Shown here piece by piece: positions 54,183 through 60,075 of a DNA stretch of 60,075 bases (position 1 is the stretch's first letter; each line of letters begins with the position of its first letter). Both the position numbers and the translations under genes were made by a program. Source of the DNA: Coleofasciculus sp. B1-GNL1-01 (lineage in GTDB: Bacteria > Cyanobacteriota > Cyanobacteriia > Cyanobacteriales > Coleofasciculaceae); assembly GCA_040220235.1 (NCBI GenBank), contig JAVJTO010000029.1. One strand, 5' to 3'. The notes beneath the pieces are model-generated. The model saw only the letters and a list, made by a program, of their open reading frames with translations. It ran no database searches and was not told the origin of the DNA.

Positions 54183-54271
54183 TAAGCTGTCACGCATTTA
54201 AATTGGGAATGGGTAGCGAGCAAGATGCTCGCACTACAAGGATTTCGCAATTCTTGACATTATGGTTTAAA
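54183..54271. mobile_element. TAAGCTGT-family MITE (one TIR truncated), in frame with the CHAT gene
   Basis: Reverse-orientation match to 35506-35608. Confidence 0.85.
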
Positions 54272-56860
54272 CCTAAATTCCTCAAGTATTTGGGTTTGGC
54301 AATCAGCGTTACTCTGATGACGCTATTGTTGAATCTGACTATATCCCCAACCGTAGCAACCGTAACTGACGTAGAGACAACTGCCCAAACTTCACCCGTT
54401 ATTGAGTCCCTAACAGTAACTACGTCCCAACTCGTACAACAAGGTAAAAATGATTATCAAACGGGACACTATGCGGCGGCGATAACCGTCTGGAAACAAG
54501 CCCTAGACGCCTTTACAACTCAAGGTGATACCTTAAATCAAGCGATGGTGCTGAGTAATCTGGCATTAGCCTATCGCCAGTTGGGACAATGGCATGAAGC
54601 CAATCAAGCGATTGAAACCAGCCTTAACTTACTTTCCACCCCAAACCCAAACACATCCCAAAACCCCTTAAAAATATTAGCTCAAGCCTTAAATACCCAA
54701 GGTCATCTGCAACTGGCACAAGGACAAGCCGAACTCGCCCTCGCTACCTGGGAACAAGCCACGAAAACCTATCAACAAGTCGGAGATGAAACAGGCGTCA
54801 CACGCAGCTTAATCAACCAAACCCACGCCATGAGAGCCTTAGGGCTTTACCTGCGGGCGAGAAACCTGTTAGACCAAATCCGGCAAACCTTAGCCGCCCA
54901 GCCAGATTCCCTAACTAAGATAGCCGGATTGCGATCGCTCGGTGATCTGCTGCGGATTACGGGTGACTTAAACCAATCTCGACAAATCCTAGACCAAAGT
55001 TTGGCGATCGCGAAAGCCTTACCCTCCTCTCCAGATAGTACCGCCATCCTCTTTAGTCTCGGCAATACCGCCCGTTCTCAAAACCAAATCGAAGACGCCA
55101 TCCAATTTTACCAACAAGCCGCCGCCACCACGGTTTCCCCAACTCTCCAATTCCAGGCTCAAGCCAATCAGCTTAGTTTATTCGTCGAAACCCAGCAGCA
55201 ACAAGCCGCCCGCCAGTTGTGGACTCAACTGCAACCCCAACTCGCCCAACTCCCCGCCAGTCGCCAAACCCTCTATGCCCAGATTAACGTCGCCCGCAGC
55301 CTGATGCAGATGAGCCATGATGCATCTGGGAACGCCCCAGAAATTGCCCAGTTACTCGCCACCATTACCCAACAAGCCAGAACCCTGAAAGATCGACAGG
55401 TGGAAGCCTACGCCCTCGGTTATCTGGGTCAACTCTACGAACAAACTCAGCAACTCGCTAACGCCCAAACCCTCACCGAACAGGCTTTAACCTTAGCTCA
55501 ATCCATCAAGGCGCCAGAACTTGCCTATCGCTGGCAATGGCAACTGGGGCGATTACTCAAGGCTCAAAGCAATGCCCAAAGTGCGATCGCAGCTTATGAC
55601 CAAGCCGTGAACACTTTGCAAGCACTCCGTACTGATTTAGTCGCCATTAACGACACCGTTCAATTTTCCTTCCGCGAGAGTGTAGAACCCGTCTATCGGG
55701 AGTTCGTCGGCTTACTCCTGCAACCCCTTCCCGGTGAAAAAGAAGTCAGCCAAGCCCACCTTAAACAAGCCCGTGAGGTGATTGAATCCCTGCAACTGGC
55801 AGAACTGGATAACTTCTTCCAAGAAGCCTGTTTAACCAGTCAACCCCAACAAATTGATCACATTGATCCCACCGCCGCCGTTTTCTATCCGATTATTTTA
55901 CCTGACCGACTAGAAGTGATCTTGTCCTTACCGGGGCAACCCCTACGCCACTATGCGACTCAGGCTTCCTCTGTCCAAGTTGAACAAATCATTCACCAAA
56001 TGCGCCAATCCTTTAGACCCACCTCTTTAAAAAAAGAGCGTTTGACCTTGGCGCAAAACCTCTACGACTGGCTCATCCGTCCGGCGGAGACTGAATTAAC
56101 CCAAAGCGACATCACCACGTTAGTCTTTGTTCTAGATGGTTCCTTGCGGAATCTACCCATGGCAGCTTTATACGATGGTGAACATTATCTGGTAGAAACC
56201 TATAGTCTAGCCATCGCCCCCAGTTTACACCTGCTCTCACCGCAACCCCTAATCTCAGAGCGGCTGCAAGTCTTAACCGCAGGCGTGAGTCAGTCCATTT
56301 CCGGGTTTTCGCCCCTACCCGCCGTTGAGTGGGAATTGTCGCAAATTACCAATAAGGTTTCCGCCTTAAAACTTTTAAATCAGAACTTTACCAGTGTCAA
56401 CCTGACTGATAACCTCCAAACCCAGCCATTTTCAGTGGTTCATTTAGCCACTCATGGTCAGTTTAGTTCTGATCCAGAGGAAACATTTATTCTGGCGTGG
56501 GATAAAAAAATTAAAGCCAAAGACTTCGAGACTCTCCTACGTTCCACTCAAGCTGAACCTGACTATCCGATTGAATTACTGGTTCTGAGTGCCTGCCAAA
56601 CTGCTACAGGGGATCAACGAGCGGCTCTCGGTTTAGCTGGAATTGCCACTCGCTCAGGGGCACGCAGCACCCTGGCTACACTCTGGTCTGTACAAGATGA
56701 TTCCACCGCTCAACTCATGGTAGAGTTTTACAAAGAACTGAACCAGGGAACTCTCAATAAAGCGACTGCCTTGCGCTATGCCCAATTAAGTTTATTGCAA
56801 CAAGGCTATAACCATCCCTACTACTGGGCACCGTTTATCTTAGTCGGCAATTGGTTGTAA
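54209..56860 (+). CDS. TPR-CHAT (caspase-like) domain protein, probably exported
   Basis: Hydrophobic signal-like segment, TPRs, HLATHG and LSACQT catalytic motifs, HPYYWAPF; start uncertain. Confidence 0.93.
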   Translation: MGSEQDARTTRISQFLTLWFKPKFLKYLGLAISVTLMTLLLNLTISPTVATVTDVETTAQTSPVIESLTVTTSQLVQQGKNDYQTGHYAAAITVWKQALDAFTTQGDTLNQAMVLSNLALAYRQLGQWHEANQAIETSLNLLSTPNPNTSQNPLKILAQALNTQGHLQLAQGQAELALATWEQATKTYQQVGDETGVTRSLINQTHAMRALGLYLRARNLLDQIRQTLAAQPDSLTKIAGLRSLGDLLRITGDLNQSRQILDQSLAIAKALPSSPDSTAILFSLGNTARSQNQIEDAIQFYQQAAATTVSPTLQFQAQANQLSLFVETQQQQAARQLWTQLQPQLAQLPASRQTLYAQINVARSLMQMSHDASGNAPEIAQLLATITQQARTLKDRQVEAYALGYLGQLYEQTQQLANAQTLTEQALTLAQSIKAPELAYRWQWQLGRLLKAQSNAQSAIAAYDQAVNTLQALRTDLVAINDTVQFSFRESVEPVYREFVGLLLQPLPGEKEVSQAHLKQAREVIESLQLAELDNFFQEACLTSQPQQIDHIDPTAAVFYPIILPDRLEVILSLPGQPLRHYATQASSVQVEQIIHQMRQSFRPTSLKKERLTLAQNLYDWLIRPAETELTQSDITTLVFVLDGSLRNLPMAALYDGEHYLVETYSLAIAPSLHLLSPQPLISERLQVLTAGVSQSISGFSPLPAVEWELSQITNKVSALKLLNQNFTSVNLTDNLQTQPFSVVHLATHGQFSSDPEETFILAWDKKIKAKDFETLLRSTQAEPDYPIELLVLSACQTATGDQRAALGLAGIATRSGARSTLATLWSVQDDSTAQLMVEFYKELNQGTLNKATALRYAQLSLLQQGYNHPYYWAPFILVGNWL

Positions 56861-57042
56861 TTTTTTTTCTGTCTTCACAATAAATTGGACTCTTATAGCA
56901 AAAGTAAGGCTAACTGAGTGACACTCAATGCATTTAATTACTATAGTTTGATACAGAGGCAATGGGAAAAAGATAATGCTTTAGCGTGTTATTTCCTGAA
57001 CAACTGCTTTTCATCTTTTTGATCAGAAGGACTCTAGACACC

Positions 57043-57852
57043 ATGACTAGAAAAAGTACCCCTCAATCTCTGAATCTGATAAATCTAGCGATCGCGTTTA
57101 GTTTGGGACTGGCTTTCGTTTCTCAGCTACAGACTCCTGTTTTGGCTGAACCGTCCCCCGTGACACCCGAACCAACCTTATCCTTTATCCCGCCACCCGA
57201 AACACCTGGCGCACCTGATGGGCGTTCCAGCGCTGGGGGGGCTACCCGTGGCAATTGCTCAACTCTGGATTCCCAATCCAGTGCGTCTAATCATTCAAGA
57301 CTGACGCTACTCACACCCAGTATTAGCCCAAATCGCCCCCGATTAACATCTGTTGAGTATCCAACCTTCTTAATCTACCTACCACCAACCCAGGCTGAAG
57401 CAGCGGAATTTACACTGGTGGATCAAGAGGAAGAGTATAGTTATCAAACCACATTTCCGCTGAAACAAACCGCTGGAATTATTAGCTTCCAACTCCCCCC
57501 CGAAGCCCCGCCTCTAGAACCCAACAAAACCTATACCTGGAAAGTCGCGATAATATGCGATCGCCAATCCCGAACAGAAGATGTTTTTGCACAAGAACAG
57601 GTTCAATTCATTGAACTGCAGCCAGAACAAGTTCAACAATTAGAAACAGCGACACCACTAGAACAGGTTGCCCTCTATGGGGAATTGGGGATTTGGTATG
57701 ACATGATGAAAATCCTGGCTGAGTTGCGACGTTCTCAACCCGATAAACCAGAAATCATGTTGAGTTGGAACGAATTATTACAGTCAAAAACCGTGGGACT
57801 GACTGACATCGCCCCCAAACCTTTAATTAATTGCTGTACTGTAGAGAATTGA
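57043..57852 (+). CDS. DUF928 family protein
   Basis: Signal peptide, GGATRG.C, PTF..Y.P, Y.W...I.C, GIWYD. Confidence 0.9.
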   Translation: MTRKSTPQSLNLINLAIAFSLGLAFVSQLQTPVLAEPSPVTPEPTLSFIPPPETPGAPDGRSSAGGATRGNCSTLDSQSSASNHSRLTLLTPSISPNRPRLTSVEYPTFLIYLPPTQAEAAEFTLVDQEEEYSYQTTFPLKQTAGIISFQLPPEAPPLEPNKTYTWKVAIICDRQSRTEDVFAQEQVQFIELQPEQVQQLETATPLEQVALYGELGIWYDMMKILAELRRSQPDKPEIMLSWNELLQSKTVGLTDIAPKPLINCCTVEN

Positions 57853-57904
57853 TGAGTCAGTTATTGGGAATACACACGCCAGATCAAGCACCAATAACTC
57901 AAAA

Positions 57905-59857
57905 ATGTTTAAAAATCTGAGGCAGATTCTTTGGCAATGGCGTGGAGTCTTAATTACAGTCCCAACCATCACTGGATTAGTCTTGACATTGCGTTCAATG
58001 GGAGGGTTACAGTTATGGGAATGGACAGCCTATGACCAATTTTTGCGCTGGCGTCCTAGGGAAACCCTGGATCAGCGTATTGTTATTGTTGCGATTGATG
58101 AACCAGATATTCAAACCTTAAAGCAATGGACGTTATCGGATGCCACATTAGCCCAATTACTCCGTAATATCAAAGCCCAACAGCCTAGTGCAATTGGTTT
58201 AGATATTTATCGCGATTTACCCGTGGAACCGGGTCATCAAGACTTGGTTGAGGTGTTTCGTTCGACCCCCAATTTAATTGGTATTCAGAAAGTTCTAGGG
58301 GATGAATATGGTACAAGTGTTGATGCACCACCAATATTAAAAGAACGCAATCAGGTGGGTGCGATCGATGTTTTATTAGATGCAGATGGTCGGGTGCGTC
58401 GGGCTTTGCTATCGATTAGACAGGACAATAATCAAACGGATGCATCAAGTCAAGAACTATACAGTCTGCCCGTTCGATTAGCGTTGATGTATTTAGAAAA
58501 TAAAGGGATTACACTGCAACCCATTGATCCAGCGCTAGGCAAAGTGAGTTTAGGGAAAGCGGTATTTGTTCCCATGCAACCCAATGATGGCGGTTACATG
58601 AACGTGGATACAGGAGGATATCAGATTCTATTAAATTATCGTCGCCCTCAATGCCAACATAATGCCCAACGCTGCAACCCATTTCCCACCGTATCACTGA
58701 CGGAAGTTCTAGAGAATAAAATACCCGCCAATTTAATGCGCGATCGCATTGTTTTAATTGGGGTTAAAGCCGCCAGTCTCAAAGATATTTTCTTCACCCC
58801 TTACAGTAATAGTTATCTCACGGCAGAGTACGGTGTAGACATCCATGCCCAAATTACCAGTCAACTGGTGAGTGCAGCCTTGGATGGGCGTTCCTCGATC
58901 AAAGTTTGGTCTGAACCCTTAGAAAGAGTGTGGATCGTCTTTTGGTCGAGTGTGGGTGCTATTTCTAGCTGGACATTCCTGCGAATGCGCTATTTAGTGG
59001 CTAGTATTCTCTTGTTGGGTACGATTCTGGTTGTCGGTTCATACCTAGCTTTTTTGCAAGGATGGTGGATTCCCTTAATTCCCCCATTACTCGCCCTAAT
59101 CGGGTCAGAAATTGCGATTACGGCTTATCTCGCCTGCATTGAACGGGAAGACCGACAAGCGGTAATGAATCTCTTGGGACAACATGTGACTCCTAAACTA
59201 GCCCAAGCCGTTTGGCGCGATCGCCATCAACTCCTCAAAGAAGGACAGATCACCGGACAACAACTGACTGCAACGGTTCTATTTACCGATATTAAAGGCT
59301 TTACTGGAATTACCGAACGGACTAACCCAGAACTCCTAATGGTTTGGCTTAACGACTACATGAAAGCCATGTCTCAAAGTGTACTCGACCATGATGGCGT
59401 CCTGGATAAATTTATTGGCGATGCAGTTATGGCGGTGTTTGGCGTTCCCATTCCCAGTACCACACCCGAAGCAATTGCCCAAGATGCGATCGCGGCGGTT
59501 CGTTGTGCATTAAACATGGCTGCAAAACTCGAACAACTCAACCAGCAATGGAAAATCAAAGGGCTTCCCACAGCGGCGATGAGAGTCGGAATTGCCACGG
59601 GAACAGTTGTCGCCGGGAGTTTGGGGTCTCAGCAACGGCTCAATTATACAACCATTGGTGATAGTGTTAATATTGCGGCTCGATTGGAGAGTTACGACAA
59701 ATCAATTGATGGCGGGATTTGTCGGATTTTAATCAGTGAAGAAACTTACCACTATATTAAAGACCATTTTTCGACTCAATTCATTGGGCTGGTGCAACTC
59801 AGAGGACGCAAACAGTCACTCAATGTTTATCAAGTTTTTCCCGAGATTAGAGGATAG
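57905..59857 (+). CDS. CHASE2-domain adenylate/guanylate cyclase
   Basis: IV.IDE.D, IGLDIYRD, D.DG.VRR, three TMs, FTDIKGFT, DKFIGDA, GDSVNIAARLES. Confidence 0.95.
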   Translation: MFKNLRQILWQWRGVLITVPTITGLVLTLRSMGGLQLWEWTAYDQFLRWRPRETLDQRIVIVAIDEPDIQTLKQWTLSDATLAQLLRNIKAQQPSAIGLDIYRDLPVEPGHQDLVEVFRSTPNLIGIQKVLGDEYGTSVDAPPILKERNQVGAIDVLLDADGRVRRALLSIRQDNNQTDASSQELYSLPVRLALMYLENKGITLQPIDPALGKVSLGKAVFVPMQPNDGGYMNVDTGGYQILLNYRRPQCQHNAQRCNPFPTVSLTEVLENKIPANLMRDRIVLIGVKAASLKDIFFTPYSNSYLTAEYGVDIHAQITSQLVSAALDGRSSIKVWSEPLERVWIVFWSSVGAISSWTFLRMRYLVASILLLGTILVVGSYLAFLQGWWIPLIPPLLALIGSEIAITAYLACIEREDRQAVMNLLGQHVTPKLAQAVWRDRHQLLKEGQITGQQLTATVLFTDIKGFTGITERTNPELLMVWLNDYMKAMSQSVLDHDGVLDKFIGDAVMAVFGVPIPSTTPEAIAQDAIAAVRCALNMAAKLEQLNQQWKIKGLPTAAMRVGIATGTVVAGSLGSQQRLNYTTIGDSVNIAARLESYDKSIDGGICRILISEETYHYIKDHFSTQFIGLVQLRGRKQSLNVYQVFPEIRG

Positions 59858-59906
59858 CTATTTAAGTCAGACCCAAACGCAAACCTTCGCTCGGTTCAAT
59901 CCCCAC

Positions 59907-60075
59907 TTAATCACTCCCCTCCAGTTCGCCATTAGGGAGTAAACGCTCAATTTGCTGTAAGCACGCATTCAAACCAGCAGCAAACTCAAATCGGGTTAAG
60001 GCTCGATTCCCGCGATAGGTGCCATCGGGATAGCCCGCGATACAACCATACCGTTCCACCAGACTGCGTAGGGCT
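59907..60075 (-). CDS. C-terminal part of an S-layer homology (SLH) domain protein (partial)
   Basis: Hand translation gives ALRSLVERYGCIAGYPDGTYRGNRALTRFEFAAGLNACL...*. Confidence 0.85.
   Translation of the reverse strand, partial: ALRSLVERYGCIAGYPDGTYRGNRALTRFEFAAGLNACLQQIERLLPNGELEGSD

Noticed and set aside
1..60075. Frequent GCGATCGC sites as a novel motif
   Set aside because: This is the well-known cyanobacterial HIP1 sequence

Overview
Chromosomal window from a HIP1-rich (GCGATCGC) cyanobacterium; the repeat content suggests a filamentous Oscillatoriales/Coleofasciculus-like organism (inference). It has three parts. (1) About 6.5-15.5 kb: a partial extracellular contractile injection system (eCIS/tCIS-like) with a sheath, three gp19-type tubes, two tail-assembly chaperones and a divergent Afp7-like tube initiator carrying a long A/S/Q/D repeat tail. 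The second chaperone appears to be joined to a start-less DUF6760-like ORF by a lambda G/GT-style -1 frameshift. An intact IsrB (OMEGA, IS200/IS605) element sits directly on the sheath ribosome-binding site. Upstream of it is a second, orphan omegaRNA that has a different guide and shows compensatory base changes. (2) About 15.7-42.6 kb: mostly housekeeping genes (exbD, clpC, rimI, lysA, cdaA, uppS, prk-like, egtB-like, ndhH, rsmH), plus mazEF, a DUF6883/DUF4926 pair, an internally deleted tnpB and a LOV/PAS-GAF-GGDEF-EAL sensor. (3) About 43-60 kb: two filamentous-haemagglutinin-like exoproteins with shared ends and different inserted cargo domains, the relic of a third copy, then TPR-CHAT, DUF928 and a CHASE2 adenylate/guanylate cyclase. 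Intergenic DNA is full of TA-flanked MITEs, GTAG-type REP palindromes and heptamer repeats. I saw no rRNA, tRNA or CRISPR array. All family assignments come from motif recognition by eye, not from database searches.
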